Assembly (NCBI RefSeq): GCF_037042905.1
Contig: NC_087249.1
Location: 8,372,001 to 8,436,000 of the forward strand
Direction of reading: 5' to 3'
Origin: Lytechinus pictus
Lineage: Eukaryota
Length of the DNA: 64,000 bases
Each line of letters begins with the position of its first letter. Within the stretch, counting starts at the first letter, position 1. Of this stretch, positions 1 to 13,386 are shown one piece after another. The position numbers and the translations under genes were made by a program. The notes under the pieces were generated by a model. The model was not told the DNA's origin and did no database searches. It saw only the letters and a program-made list of their open reading frames with translations.

Positions 1-59
1 AGACTGGAGTTAGACCAGATTTTGTCCAGGTAGTTAACTTTCTGCTTTGACCGATGTTT

Positions 60-363
60 AATTTAAACCCGACTTCAGAATGCGGGCCAGAGAGTGGAAA
101 TAAAAGCGTATTCTGTCAAAACATCTAGACTCATTCAAAAACTTTTGAATAAATACGTAGATCAAGAGATCAAGTAGGTGATAGGCTCCGCCCACTATTC
201 ATCCCTTCCTAATTTAAACCCGACTTCAGACTTCGGGCCAAAGAGTGCAAATGCAAATAAAAGCGTATTCTGTCAAAACATCTAGACTCATTCAAAAACT
301 TTTGGATAAATACGTAGATCGATAAAGTAGGTAATAGACTCCGCCCCTTCCTCTCCCTTCCTA
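60..363. repeat. Tandem duplication, two ~150-bp units (60-210, 211-363)
   Basis: aatttaaacccgacttcaga...aaataaaagcgtattctgtcaaaacatctagactcattcaaaaactttt...cccttcc occurs twice in direct orientation. Confidence 0.85.
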
Positions 364-1670
364 ATCCCTCATCATTACCATAGCAACCAAGTCCAAGTTG
401 GGTCTGCCATCGATCTACTCTAGATGTGGAAGCATCGGCCACACAGGCAAATCCTACTTCCATTGGTCCAATCGATATCATTCAAATATACATTGCTCTT
501 TTATCCTCCATTCAAATATAGGAAAATGCTATACACAAGAATTCTTTATAACTATGTATGGACTTGTTAAAAAAAAATAATGAAATAATAATAACACTTT
601 GATCTGTTTGGTGTGGGGGTGTTTGATGTAGCTGTGACTATATACATGAACTTGTACCATCACGTAAATTTCATATAAAATCAAAATCTTACAGAATCTT
701 CTTTTTATTATCCAACCTGTTTTCCCAACAAACATACACAAAGTAAGTGCTTGATTTAAAATAATACAATTTTACCATGTACAGAGATGTATTAATGATG
801 TTGGCGCAATCAATCTCAACTGCATTTGTTTTGTTTTGTTCTGTTTTTTGAGGGAAGGGGGATATGTTACTTTTTCAAGTTACCTTGGAAATAACAAATC
901 ATGAATAATCTTGCTCCTCTTGTTAGGAGTTGCAAATAAGACTTTAAACATCTGTGCACGTAATTTACGATGAGTCATTTAGGCCGGCCAATTAACTATC
1001 TGCGAAATACTTCGAAAGCCACGAATAAAATCACAAACTGATTAATTTGGGGTACAATATTATGAATATCGCCTAATAATAATGGCACCAATTATTTAAG
1101 ACTTTGGTATTTAGGCCTATATCCCAGTATGGATATTTGACACTGGTGTAAAGATGGGGAGGGGGCTTTGGGTCAAGGATCCCCCATCAAAGTTTCACGA
1201 TCGAGAAAGCAAGGAGAAAGTGAAAAATAAGGAATGGTATTAAGGTAAAAGGAAGGAATAATATATTAATTTCTAAAGATTATGCAAAAATATATCACAA
1301 AATCATAGTTTTAAAAGTAAAGATCTACCACAAAGTCATATTTCTTCACTCAATATTAAAATAAAATCCTTGCTCGCAGAATTATAACACATTGCCCAAT
1401 ACGTCAATCAGACCCCTTTACAAATTTTGATTCATAATTATGCCACTGATATTTGGCATTAATTTCATACCTTCGTGTATATACATGGCGTCTTTCGCTA
1501 GCCTTTTTTGAATTACCGTAGCCAAGATAAAGATTCTATTCAATGTTGATAATTGATATCTGAAATGAAGTTGTCGTTGTTGTTGTTGTTGGTAATTCCT
1601 AAAAACTTCTGTCATATAGACCTACATGTAATTCTTTTTGTTTTACATGGCGAAATATAGATACTGTGGA

Positions 1671-1719
1671 TCACCACCATAATCACCATCATAATCAACA
1701 TCACCACCATCACCACCAT

Positions 1720-1751
<32 letters not shown>

Positions 1752-1862
1752 TCGCCGTTATCATCATAATCAACATCACCATCATCATCGTCAACATCAT
1801 CATCTTCGTCATCATCATTATCACCATCATCATCATCGTCATCATCATTTTAACCACCACCA
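1671..1862. repeat. (CAT/CAC)n trinucleotide microsatellite
   Basis: Visible directly in the sequence. Confidence 0.95.
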
Positions 1863-2249
1863 CCTGACGACGTAACGTCCCTACCACTGGATGGTTGGTT
1901 GATCCTTGGGGAATCACAGGTAGGGAATCTCAGCCAGTACATCGTCCGTGCGAAAAGATTAAGGAGTCTGTGGTTACCAACAACTTTGTGTCAATACGAG
2001 TACAATAGAAGCTTTAAGAAAGGTGTACATCTAGGCCTTCTTTTTGTGCTTCAAGGAGTTTTGCTGCTCAACATACAACCCATTCGAAGTTGGAGAAAAG
2101 ATGTGTACCAAGCAGTACGTGTTCTACCGTTTTGAAGAATATGCTTCTGCTTGCTGAGGGTCATGGCATTGGTCTCTAATGTGCCATTATTGTGAATGAT
2201 AAAACATATTTTGGTGGAGATTTGTAGCTGAAAACTTGGAATCTATTCG

Positions 2250-2346
2250 ATGGGTACCAGAAATAATTCTATTCGTATCACCATCATTGGTTTGATGATC
2301 TTCTTGACTGTTATTTTCCTCCACACCACTTCTCATGACGTAACAG
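2250..2346 (+). CDS. Carbohydrate sulfotransferase (CHST11-like), coding exon 1 with type II signal-anchor
   Basis: ATG at 2250 gives MGTRNNSIRITIIGLMIFLTVIFLHTTSHDVT (short basic tail, then hydrophobic helix); ends ACAG|gtacgt in phase 1, matching the next exon. Confidence 0.75.
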
Positions 2347-3407
2347 GTACGTGCGTTCAATAATACCCTCTTGAAAAATAATTTAAAAAAACAAATCACG
2401 GATTTGATCTCATTTAAAATAATTTACTATTATTACTTTAAGGATACGATTTTATCTGTGACTTTTTTAAAGGCTTAGAGACTATTAACCCTCATGAGTT
2501 CGTGTTCAGATTAAGTAAAGAATATAATCATGAGACATTTTCTTGTGAACTACGCGATGTATAATTTTATATCTATAGGTAAAATTTACGATAAAACCTT
2601 TTCTCAAATTTTCTAGAATTCGAATGTTATATTAATAGTCCAGTTAGGGTATATTAGTCACAAAAAATCAGTTTAGTTTGATTTAGTTCAAATTAAACCT
2701 GTTATCGTTTATGGTTAAGTTTTTTTTAATATCATCATAACTTTGAAAGTTTATATTTTTACGAGACTTGGGCAAACGGCTGATCACGCGTCATGATTTT
2801 GGTCGAGTTTCAGAAGAAGTTTAAATGAAAAAAACAAAATAATTCAAGTAAATAAATAAATTTTCAAATAAAATTTGACAGCATAATTCGAAAATTATGG
2901 CACAGATAATGAAAAGGTTAAGAGGAAGTCTGCTGATTAGCAAGAAGTCTGATCATCATATTACTCATATTCTGCCATTCTGGCGCAAGCCTCTTTTTGG
3001 ACCCCCGACAAAAACGTCCCGTGTTCGCTCAAGCAAGAACAAAATTTATTTTTTAAAATTGAATTTCAAAGATAAGATTTCAGAGCATCTATTAACATCA
3101 AAATATAGATATCATGATTTGAAATAAATTTGATTATAGACTTTTCAAAACTGTCCCGTTTTTTTTTATACGCACTGTATATTTCATGAATATGGGAGAG
3201 GGATAGGTCTATTATATGTATTTGCTTGGTCTCATTGCGCGTATCGAATTTGCATGCAGAGACGACGCAGAATATACCAAAATCCATATTGCCCGAGTCG
3301 AGCGGGCAATATGAGTCTAGTTCATGGGCAATATATGTGGTATTTCTCTCTTGAAAGGCCAGTCAGTATTACAGAAATATATGTTTATTTTTTATTCCCT
3401 TATTTAG

Positions 3408-3478
3408 TTTGGCTTGAACTGTATCGAGGTTCACCAGGAGGTGGGCAGGATCAGATGACCATCAGCCAAGTTGAAAAT
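3408..3478 (+). CDS. Carbohydrate sulfotransferase, coding exon 2 (stem region)
   Basis: Acceptor ttcccttatttag|, donor AAT|gtgagt; open (V)WLELYRGSPGGGQDQMTISQVEN; phase 1 in, phase 0 out. Confidence 0.7.
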
Positions 3479-3861
3479 GTGAGTATGCTTCTAGGTCCAA
3501 ACAGTTCATTCAAAGAAGTCAAAAATATATGTATTCTTTTTAAATTATAGATGGATTGGTGAACGTGTGTTATAATTATGTTTGTATCAGACCCCCTAAA
3601 TCAATGGTAAAAGAGTATTGGATGTTTGAACAATGAATTTTTACGTTTTAAGTATTTCTCATTTTAATTCATGTTCTATATGTTTATATGCTGTTATGTT
3701 ATACGATTTTATGTTTCAACGTTGGTAGTTTTTATGCACGGACCTATCGAAAAGCTGCTTTTGCTGAATAGGGTCTTGTCGGGTTGAAAGAACGAAATGA
3801 AACGAAATTTATAGAAATGCAATTTGAGCTGATTATCCGAAAAACTTCGATGTGGGTTTAG

Positions 3862-5298
3862 CACTGGCGTAAATCCGTGTTGATGGGTGGGGGGGATGAC
3901 TGAAATATTTTGGCATTTTTTTGCAATCATGTTTTTAGATATGCAAGGAATTGTCATTGATATGTCCACAGTGGCGTACCGTGGGTCACGGCATTGGGGG
4001 GGGGGGGGCACCAGCAAAATTTTTGAATGACTGAGTGAGTGACCTAATAGAGACATTTTAAGGACAATGTCATTAAACGGATATGTATCTCACTCATCAA
4101 ATAATGCGAGCGCGAAGCGCGAGCTGAATTTTTTTATATTCACACCTAAAAAGGGACATTATAATCAAATTTGTGTAATCATGATGGGTACCTGTCTCGC
4201 TTAACAATGCGAGCACGAAGCGCGAGCTCAAAACTTAGATAATTCAGACCTGAATTGGGGCATTCTAAGTTTTCTTTGTAGGAATTAACCAGGACCATAC
4301 GTATTTCATTAACCAAATGATGCGAGCGCGAAGCGCGAGCTGAAAATTTTTGATATTCAGATCAGAAGAAGGGACATTTTAAGGACTGATTTTAGGAATT
4401 CACGAAGAGCAGACATATCTCACCAATCCATGAAAAATGCGAACGTAATCACGGACAGGAAATGTTTCATATATACGAAGACCTTAACATGGGGCAATCA
4501 CTTTTGAGTCATGAAAAAAAAGCATATGTCACTACATAAAACAATGATAACTCAAGTGCTAGGAAATATATTTGGTTTATATTGACTTGAAAACGGGATG
4601 TTTTGGTACAACAGGATTATATATCTCGTTAAACAGACAATGCGAGCACCAGGAACAATTGAGACGTAGGCCCTGGGCAAATTATGTTTTATAAAGTTAT
4701 GATAAAAATGTTTCTTATGTAATGTAACTTAACATAATTATAATATAATATAACATTATAATGAATAATATTATCTTCTTTCCCACTACGTTTCTCTTCC
4801 TTTCTCCCTCTTTTCTCCTTTTCCCCCTTTCCCCGTTTTTTTTTTTTGGTCAGCCGATGGGGGGGGGGGATGTGCCCCCCATGTCCCCCGTAGTTACGCC
4901 ACTGTATGTCCATATGGCAAATACTCCTCCAATATTATTATCTTTTTTACCCCATGATGGTTTAATGGTTTATTAGAGATTACATTAAATTTTTTTTGAC
5001 ATTCCATCTTAATCCCTTCCCAAAGACCCCAACATTGATGAATTGGAAGTATTTCGTTTGGAAATGGTGAACCGGCTCTTTATTTGCATTTTATGATTCA
5101 ATAATATTATTTTATTTGTTAAGCGGTATTTTTGGAAGAATTTTCACCAATAAAACAATTATCTCTTGTGATTTTTTTTCATTTCTTTCGTAAAAAATGG
5201 GGGGGGGGGGATGTTTGTACAGGCCACCCCCCCCTCCTCGAAAAGTGGGGGGGATATATCCCCCCATCCCCCCCCCCCCCCCGGGATTTACGCCAGTG
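3862..5298. mobile_element. Non-autonomous hAT-like element (outer) in CHST intron 2
   Basis: TIR CACTGGCGTAAATCC/GGATTTACGCCAGTG; 8-bp TSD GGGTTTAG at 3854-3861 and 5299-5306. Confidence 0.85.
3969..4904. mobile_element. Non-autonomous hAT-like MITE (inner); second copy at 50966-51865
   Basis: TIR CAGTGGCGTA/TACGCCACTG; perfect 8-bp TSD TATGTCCA; internal gcgagcgcgaagcgcgagc repeats. Confidence 0.9.
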
Positions 5299-5924
5299 GG
5301 GTTTAGACGCTTGCTTCAGCATATTCAGCATGTTAATCTCGTGGCACTTTGCAGAAGTAGCCTCGATCAACAGTTTCAGACTGATTAATCCTTAGGCCTA
5401 TTCTGAACTCGGGTTGGAAACTCTGGTCTAAAGTTGTGATTTTAACTATGGATAGCTAATTGTGACACATATCTTTAACAGTACGGGAATATACATGTAA
5501 GCTCATCTCTTACTCAAGGCGGTTTATAATAACTATCTGGGATTTACTGGGAATAATATCTGGATCTGTTTTCTTCCCCAATATGGCATGACGAAAGGGC
5601 ACAGTGAACATAATTATGAAGCATAATTACAATGTTAACAAAACGTTGATATTTTCGGCTTCCCATAATCAGAGAACAGAGTCAGAACATTGCCAACGGT
5701 GAACATTCTCTACTCCCTCTGCAGCATCCCAACCAAAAGAGCCAAAATATTGACCTATTTATGATAATGTTCAACATTTGACAGGGAGTATCATATTACG
5801 TTGATGATGGGGGAGCCTCCAAGGAACTCTAACTTCGCCCCTCTTCCTAAACAACTCTGTGATCCTTCTGAGTTACAGATCGAAATCATATATAATTTTT
5901 GATTATTTTCTTTCCTTTTTGCAA

Positions 5925-6776
5925 TTTGACGACGATCTGACGTGGTCCCAGGTTCAGCACAATCAAGAGCAGAGAAAAGAGCTTTTGAAGAAGGGTTGTG
6001 CTGCCTTGGGATACAGCCAACGCTTCGTCAACAAGAACCTTGATCGTGCTGCTCTGAGGAAGTTCTCTCGAGTCCACGTGATACCCGAGCTCAAAGTCAT
6101 CTACTGCCCAATCCCCAAAGTGGCGTCGACATCCTGGCGACGACTTCTCCTGACTGCCGTCAACAAAGATTCATCTTCACCTCATAAAAAAAGCAAGCGA
6201 GTGTTTCCAAACCTGGCGTCCTTCCCTCCGATGGATGCAAGGAGGATCCTACGGACATATACATCGTTTCTTTTCGTTCGAAATCCATATGCCAGGATCC
6301 TGTCTGCGTACAAGGATAAAATTCTCACTGGTGGGAAATCGAAAGCGATGTTCCGATGGGAGGTCTCGAAGTGGTACAAACTTCACGACCCAAAGGAATT
6401 GGAACGCATGAATTCTTCGAAGCGCTTCACATTCAAGCAATTTGTCAACTACTATACAAAGTCAACAGTTAAAAATGCCCACTGGGAGGACATGATTGAG
6501 CTATGTCATCCTTGCATGATCAACTACGATTTCATTGGCCACCTTGAGACGCTCAAAGAGGACTCGGATTATCTGGTGAACCTACTGAACATAGGGATGT
6601 CCTTTCCAGAGGAGCACAGACAACATCAGACTAATAGCTCTCAAGGAGACACCCTTCAGACTTTCTATTCACAATTGGCTGGAGGGGAGTACAAAGATCT
6701 TTCATTCAGCAAGGGTCTTGCTAGAGATGCCCTTCTTTTTGGTTATGACACTCCTGACAGTATCAAACGCAGCTAA
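5925..6776 (+). CDS. Carbohydrate sulfotransferase (Sulfotransfer_2 family, CHST11-like), catalytic exon
   Basis: PAPS-binding motifs YCPIPKVASTSW and FLFVRNPYARILSAY, plus HW..LCHPC.INYDFIGHLETL and C-terminal D..LFGY; stop at 6776; 5' boundary uncertain (see findings). Confidence 0.92.
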   Translation, partial: FDDDLTWSQVQHNQEQRKELLKKGCAALGYSQRFVNKNLDRAALRKFSRVHVIPELKVIYCPIPKVASTSWRRLLLTAVNKDSSSPHKKSKRVFPNLASFPPMDARRILRTYTSFLFVRNPYARILSAYKDKILTGGKSKAMFRWEVSKWYKLHDPKELERMNSSKRFTFKQFVNYYTKSTVKNAHWEDMIELCHPCMINYDFIGHLETLKEDSDYLVNLLNIGMSFPEEHRQHQTNSSQGDTLQTFYSQLAGGEYKDLSFSKGLARDALLFGYDTPDSIKRS

Positions 6777-6970
6777 CCAATTCTCAACAACAACGTGACA
6801 TCGCTCTAGAGCATTTAATTACTTTGACAGATATTGCAGTTCTTGCATCTGATCATGCTGATTGGCCAAGTGCAACAGAACTCTTTATGACAATCATGAC
6901 CATTATGACATCCTGTCTTTCATTTTGATCGCTTTAAAATATCATCCTATGATGAATATTCACTAGATCT

Positions 6971-7115
6971 GGGGCCTGTTGCAGAAAGTTGCGTTTAAAC
7001 GTAAGTCAAAATATAAATCGTAACTCCCAAATGCGCGCTGTTGATTAGTTGAAAATCAAGATGCGCACGATTTTTAGAGTTGCGATTGATTGCAACTCTT
7101 TATGCAACGGGCCCC
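6971..7115. mobile_element. Small MITE (PIF/Harbinger-like)
   Basis: Inverted ends ggggcctgttgcagaaagttgc / gcaactctttatgcaacgggcccc. Confidence 0.7.
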
Positions 7116-9545
7116 AGGGTCATCTGCGTAGTTCAAATTAAACCCAGTTGCTCTCATCTGTGGAAAGCCAACAGCATCGTCATCTAGGACGTTCACATTG
7201 TTCGTTAATAATTATGAGGAAGGCTATACATGCATAATCATGTTTGCCAGTTAAGACTTCCTCTTTTCGTTTGCAAAGGGACAGTGAGTACATGCACAAA
7301 GTTATGACTTCGAATGCTTTCCATAGTTTAGATCCATGGGATCTGACCAATGGCAACTCTTTGTGAAGCAGGGCTCTGGTTTTGATACTGGGTACTTCCA
7401 GGACCCTGTCTGACAACGAGTTGCGATGGAATTAAATCAGGTCTGGATTCAATTCAAACTCAAATTACGTTTACTAGGAACGGCAACTCCTCTCTCTTAA
7501 TACTGTCTGTTCATTTTGATCAATCTCAATTTGAATTTGATTTGAATCTACCATAACACTTTGTACGACTAATTATTGTGAAGCGCTTTGAACAGTCGTA
7601 GATAGATAAAGCGCTATATAAATGCCATTTATTATTATTATTATCATGACGACATGGCCCAAATCACTTGCAGGAGTAGAAAAGACATAAAAGTAGCCCA
7701 CATCCATGACATCAGTATGTTTCTTTCTATAGCATAGGCACAAATCAGTTGTATCTCGGCTGTTTAGCATGATATTTGCTACGGAGGTAATTGCTCCGAT
7801 GGAAAATATGGTACGTTAAAACCTAACTTCCAAAACTATAATAAAACCCTAATCCTTATCTTTACGTTATTCTGAACGGAAAATAAATTACAATCCTAAC
7901 TCTGAGATATCAAGACAGGAGTAAATGTCGTGTCACCCTTAACTCTTTGCACACTGAATTAATTTTGGGGATAATAATGACAATTGTTTCCATGTTATTT
8001 TCCTTAATTCAAGATTTCCATATTGCACCATTGATACTCACTATTATTGTTATAATATAGATGCTATTCAAGAACCTATACCTTTTATTAGCTTTTCTAA
8101 TTTGAAGGTAGGGGAGAAAACTAAGTATTACGTTTGTTGAATTCAATTGTACGAATGTGCAAAATGGCAACATCAGCGCGCAGAGGGTAAAGCTCCCCTT
8201 TTGATAGGCTATTCGAAGAAGAAAACCCAATCACTGAGGAAGAGGAAGCTGCTCATTGATTTTGCCCGTGTTGGCATTGTTGTTCCTGAAAGAATTTTAT
8301 AGCGAACTCAGTTTTTTTATGGAGAACAAAAGCTAGAGAGATGATGTTTTTACTGAGTCATTATAAGTGTACATTTTAAAGGGGAAATATGAAATTCATC
8401 TTTATACCAAAGGAGGCAATTGGGCAATAACTACACCATTTTAGTAATGTGTAATTCCGTGGGGATGAGGCTTATCCCGAAAGTCGTATAGTTTGATATT
8501 TTTCACTAATGCATTTTTTCTGCAATGTAATAATAGCGTATATGAACATCAACTTCGCAGACGCTTTTAGGAACGTTGAGAATCTATTGAAAATGCCCGT
8601 CAAATCACAACGGACAGATTAGAGGTCATTGTCGAAAGTTGGAGGACCGGGACAGCACATCGTCTTAAGATTCAGACCGAACGAAAAAATGCAAATATGT
8701 CGTTTGTCCACAGTCCAGGACGATACTGCTGTTTTGATTCACCGATTTTCGACAAAGGCTGCTTTGTTATGAAGGCTTATTATAATCACTCGGGTCGCGT
8801 TCGCGTTCGAAATCACTCGGGTCGCGTTCGTAATCACTCGGGTTTTTGATTTTTGGCGATTTTTTTTATTTCGATGCGATTTGATGTCTTCAATGGGACA
8901 AACACGCTGGGAAAATGAAATGAAATTGAAATTCTAGTTTCGTGTTAAGCCGGCAAGTGCCTTAAATAAAATGCACTCGCCTACTGCTGTTTTTATACGA
9001 GGACTCCGAGTCGGAACTTGCCATATCTGCCACATCGATATTACATCGTCATTCCCATGTGCGGACATGCATGCCTGCATGCAATGGCCCCAAGGCGGGA
9101 CCCGGCCACGGTCGGACACGGCGTGCATCGGTAGCATGGAGCAAGGTAACGTGATCTACGCCGATATTTTATATCCGATTTTCCCTTCAAGGGGCATGAT
9201 CGAAGATTGGCAGGTGATCGCCGATTGTGGTAAAATCGGGAGCCGATTTTAAAATCGGTTAATTAGAACAGGTACAATTACGATTTTAAAATTAATTTAA
9301 AATCGATTTCCAAAATCAATTTTAAGATCGATCTAAGATCAATTTTAAATCAGTTTTAGTATTAGTTTTTAAAAGCCCATTCACATTTTTACTGATGCTG
9401 ACGAAAAGGTAGTTTGGTTGTCAGAGCATTATTTGTCCTGCGTCTAAATAACTATGTCCGATCGAGGGACCGTTTTAATTTCGGAAAGGTAGGAGAGACA
9501 GAGAGAGAGAAAGACTGATCCCCGTTCAGCTCAACGTATACGTTG

Positions 9546-12348
9546 TATGGAAGCAGGAGACCGTCAAAAACACGGATATACGTCGTGTCGTAATTCAATT
9601 TACTACACGACGTAAATAATTACGTAGTGTAGTAATTCGAATTACTACACGACGTAAATAATAACGTAGTGTAGTAATTCGAGTTACTACACGACGCAAT
9701 TCTGAATTACTGCCCAACGATTTAATGTCATGACGTTAAATGAATTAGTGTCGCTACATCAAATAATTAAGGTCGTGTAGTAATTCAGATTACTACACGA
9801 CGTAAATAATTACGTAGTGTAGTAATTCCAATTACTACACTACCTAAAGAATTACGTCGTGTAGTAAATAATTACTACACGACGTAATTCCGAATTACTG
9901 CTCAACGATTTAATGTCATGACGTTAAATCAACCAATGGGATCGTTCGTTATAAACCTATAAAGCAATGCCAGCGCGGGGGAACTTGAATGGCGGCCGAT
10001 CGCGCTGGACTTATCGACCAATAGCGCCCGACCAATAAGGATTTTGAAGATAGTGAACTATAAACATAGAGATGTATACTAATTACTAGTCATAGAGACA
10101 TCTCTATGTTACTAGTATACATCTCTATGACTATAAATCAATAGATTTTGTGTACCGTGTCTACAAAAGCACGAATTGAAATTGAAAGTAAGTTAAAAGA
10201 TATCGGTATCAAGAGTAAACGATTATCTATTGAAGTTGGAACGAAAAAACTTAAAAACATCGATTAGCATTGGTAATGATTAATAATTATGTATTGGAAG
10301 ATGTCTGACATTGTGTTTTATTGCAAGACTTAAGGGGAAGAAAATGATGTTTAATTTATGAGTTGTCAAGGTATGCATCAATTTGTAAAGACATCCGACT
10401 TCTATTTGTTATATGTATTTTATTTTGTATATGAATTGAAGTTGTAAAAAAAAAACTACTGAATACAACAAAAAAATAATAATGATAAGAATAAAAAAAA
10501 ACTCATACTGATTGGTGGTTCCGGGAGCCGGATGAGGGGCGCGTACGGATGACAACAAAACAAAGACGGTGATTTTTCGGGTCTTTAAAAAAAAAATTAT
10601 GCCCACAATTCAAAACCAGGATAAAAACACACAGACCATGACCCATAAGAGTAGTTAATGGTGTATGTGTTTGGGAGGGAGGGAAGGGGTGACGGACACA
10701 ACTTTTGTTCTCTTCAGTGAGGATTTCTATTATTTTTTTTTGCTTTTTTGTTGTTGAAGAGGCTAGTTGTTTTTTGCAGGCGTAACCGTTATTCCAAATA
10801 ATTATGGGCCACGGGGGGGGGGGGGGGTGGCAAACATGGTGTAAAAGACAAAATCTTTTAAAAATGCAAGAGAGCAAAAAAATGAAACTATATTATACAG
10901 GAACATCAGTCACTCAATTTTGTTGCATGCACAAGAGCGGAAAATGAAATGTGCCGTTTTTCGAAATGAAATATATTTTTTAAATTTGAGTGACTGATGT
11001 TCCTGTATAGTTTCATTTTTTTGCTCTCTTGCATTTTCAACAGATTTTGTCTTTTACACCATGTTTGCCACCCCCCTCCCCCCCCCCCCCCCATGGCCCA
11101 TAATTATTTTGGACTAACGGTTACGCCTGCAAAAAACAACTAGCCTCCCCAACAAAAAAAAATTAATAGAAGTCCTCACTGAAGAGAACAAAAGTTGTGT
11201 CCGTCACCCCTTCCCTCCCTCCCAAACACATACACCATTAACTACTCCTATGGGTCATGGTCTGTGTGTTTTTATCCTGGTTTTGAATTGTGGGCATAAT
11301 TTTTTTTGTTAAAGACCCGAAAAATCACCGTCTTTGTTTTGTTGTCATCCATACGCGCCCCTCATCCGGCTCCCGCAACCACCAATCAGTATGAGTTTTT
11401 TTATTCTTATCATTATTATTTTTTTGTTGTATTCAGTAGTTTTTTTTTACAACTTCAATTCATATACAAAATAAAATACATATAACAAATAGAAGTTGGA
11501 TGTCTTTACAAATTGATGCATACCTTGACAACTCATAAATTAAACATCATTTTCTTCCCCTTAAGTCTTGCAATAAAACACAATGTCAGACATCTTCCAA
11601 TACATAATTATTAATCATTACCAATGCTAATCGATGTTTATAAGTTTTTTCGTTCCAACTTCAATAGATAATCGTTTACTCTTGATACCGATATCTTTTA
11701 ACTTACTTTCAATTTCAATTCGTGCTTTTGTAGACACGGTACACAAAATCTATTGATTTATAGTCATAGAGATGTATACTAGTAACATAGAGATGTCTCT
11801 ATGACTAGTAATTAGTATACATCTCTATGTTTATAGTTCACTATCTTCAAAATCCTTATTGGTCGGGCGCTATTGGTCGATAAGTCCAGCGCGATCGGCC
11901 GGCATTCAAGTTCCCCCGCGCTGGCATTGCTTTATAGGTTTATAACGAACGATCCCATTGGTTGATTTAACGTAATGACATTGAATCGTTGAGCAGTAAT
12001 TCGGAATTACGTCGTGTAGTAATTATTTACTACACGACGTAATTCTTTAGGTAGTGTAGTAATTCGAATTACTACACTACGTAATTATTTACGCCGTGTA
12101 GTAATTCGAATTACTACACGACCTTAATTATTTGATGTAGCGACACTAATTCATTTAACGTCATGACATTAAATCGTTGGGCAGTAATTCAGAATTGCGT
12201 CGTGTAGTAATTCGAATTACTACACTACGTAATTATTTACGTCGTGTAGTAATTCGAATTACTACACTACGTAATTATTTACGTCGTGTAGTAAATTGAA
12301 TTACGACACGACGTATATCCGTGTTTTTGACGGTCTCCTGCTTCCATA
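9546..12348. mobile_element. Foldback element, 2.8-kb near-perfect palindrome
   Basis: Arms ~9546-10920 and ~10982-12348 are reverse complements; subterminal arrays of attactacacgacgtaaataattacgtagtgtagtaat; flanks tacgttg / tacgtttg. Confidence 0.92.
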
Positions 12349-12569
12349 TACGTTTGGCACGCGAGCACAAAGAAGATCAATTAAGCACATCACCTAATGC
12401 AATGTTTCGAGAATTTAGGTAGGGAAATTTTTAAGTCTCCAGTTACTTAAAACATGATATGGCCATTTTATCTATAAAATAAGACAAATTTTATGAGAAA
12501 TGGACAGTAATTAAGAGCAGAATTTTAAAACGCCTATCGGAAAGATCGTCCTCAAAGCTCATTACGTAT

Positions 12570-13002
12570 TAGACAGCTGGCAGCCGTCTGTTTCGAGTTT
12601 TTTAACATTTTTATTTCTCCTCGTACACAGACGGCTCGCTATGGTGCAACCATCATTACGGGGTTAACAATGCAAAATCCCCCAGACGGCGCTCATCGAT
12701 TTTTGTCTTTATTTCATAAAAATATATGAAAAGAACTGTATCAAATAAAGATTATTATTCCGTTTTGTCCTAAAATGCACCAAAAAAAGGGAAAATAAAC
12801 TTAAAAGGGGAAACAACAGTAACTAATTGCTTCGGCTGTCGCGCAACTTCACTTCCCCGTTTTATTGGAACTTAATGCATAAACATATGGCCATTGAGTC
12901 CCTGTACAGATCGAGCTAGAACTTCCGTCTCTGTATTGGTGAGTGGAGCTAACGGAGTTCAGCGAAACAACGAACATTGCAGAGACCGAAGCTCTTGGTC
13001 TA
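12570..13002 (+). mobile_element. TAGAC...GTCTA non-autonomous DNA transposon, family A (Academ-like, 9-bp TSD)
   Basis: Starts TAGACAGCTGG, ends CTTGGTCTA; perfect TSD ATTACGTAT; homologues at 33956 and 47753. Confidence 0.9.
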
Positions 13003-13230
13003 ATTACGTATATATGCATTAAACCACGGATGGCTGGCTATGCATACCGCTGAATTAAATACTTTTGGACGAGCTGCGGACTGACTGGCACTGTAACGTG
13101 GGATCTAACTCGGCTCGACTCACGTTACCTTGCTCCATGCTACCGATGCACGCCGTGTCCAACCGTGGCCGGGTTCCGCCTTGGGGCCATTGCATGCAGG
13201 CATGCATGTCCGCACATGGGAATGACGATG

Positions 13231-13386
13231 CAGGGGCCGCGGAAGCGGGGGGGGGGGCTGAGGGGGCTTCAGCCCCCCCACTTTTTTCCAAAACCGTGTA
13301 CAAAAACGTAAAAATTACCATATGATTGTGATTTTTTGCATGGTCAGCCCCCCCCCCCCACTTTGAAAACCGTTCCGCGGCCCCTG
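13231..13386. mobile_element. Small hAT-like MITE inserted in the right TIR of the 8774-13728 element
   Basis: TIR CAGGGGCCGCGGAA/TTCCGCGGCCCCTG; 5-bp duplication CGATG; absent from the left TIR. Confidence 0.85.

Noticed and set aside
1612..1917. His-rich and Met-rich ORFs (also 16819-17202) and the IY-repeat ORF at 15612-16013
   Set aside because: These are translations of microsatellites, with no splice or homology support.
5859..5924. N-terminus of the 305-aa ORF as given in the ORF track
   Set aside because: It starts at GTG and reads through intronic polypyrimidine sequence; the real N-terminus is better explained by the exons at 2250 and 3408.
9590..9900. CRISPR-like regular palindromic repeats (also 40828-41283)
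   Set aside because: No unique spacers and no cas genes in a eukaryotic context; they are subterminal arrays of DNA transposons.
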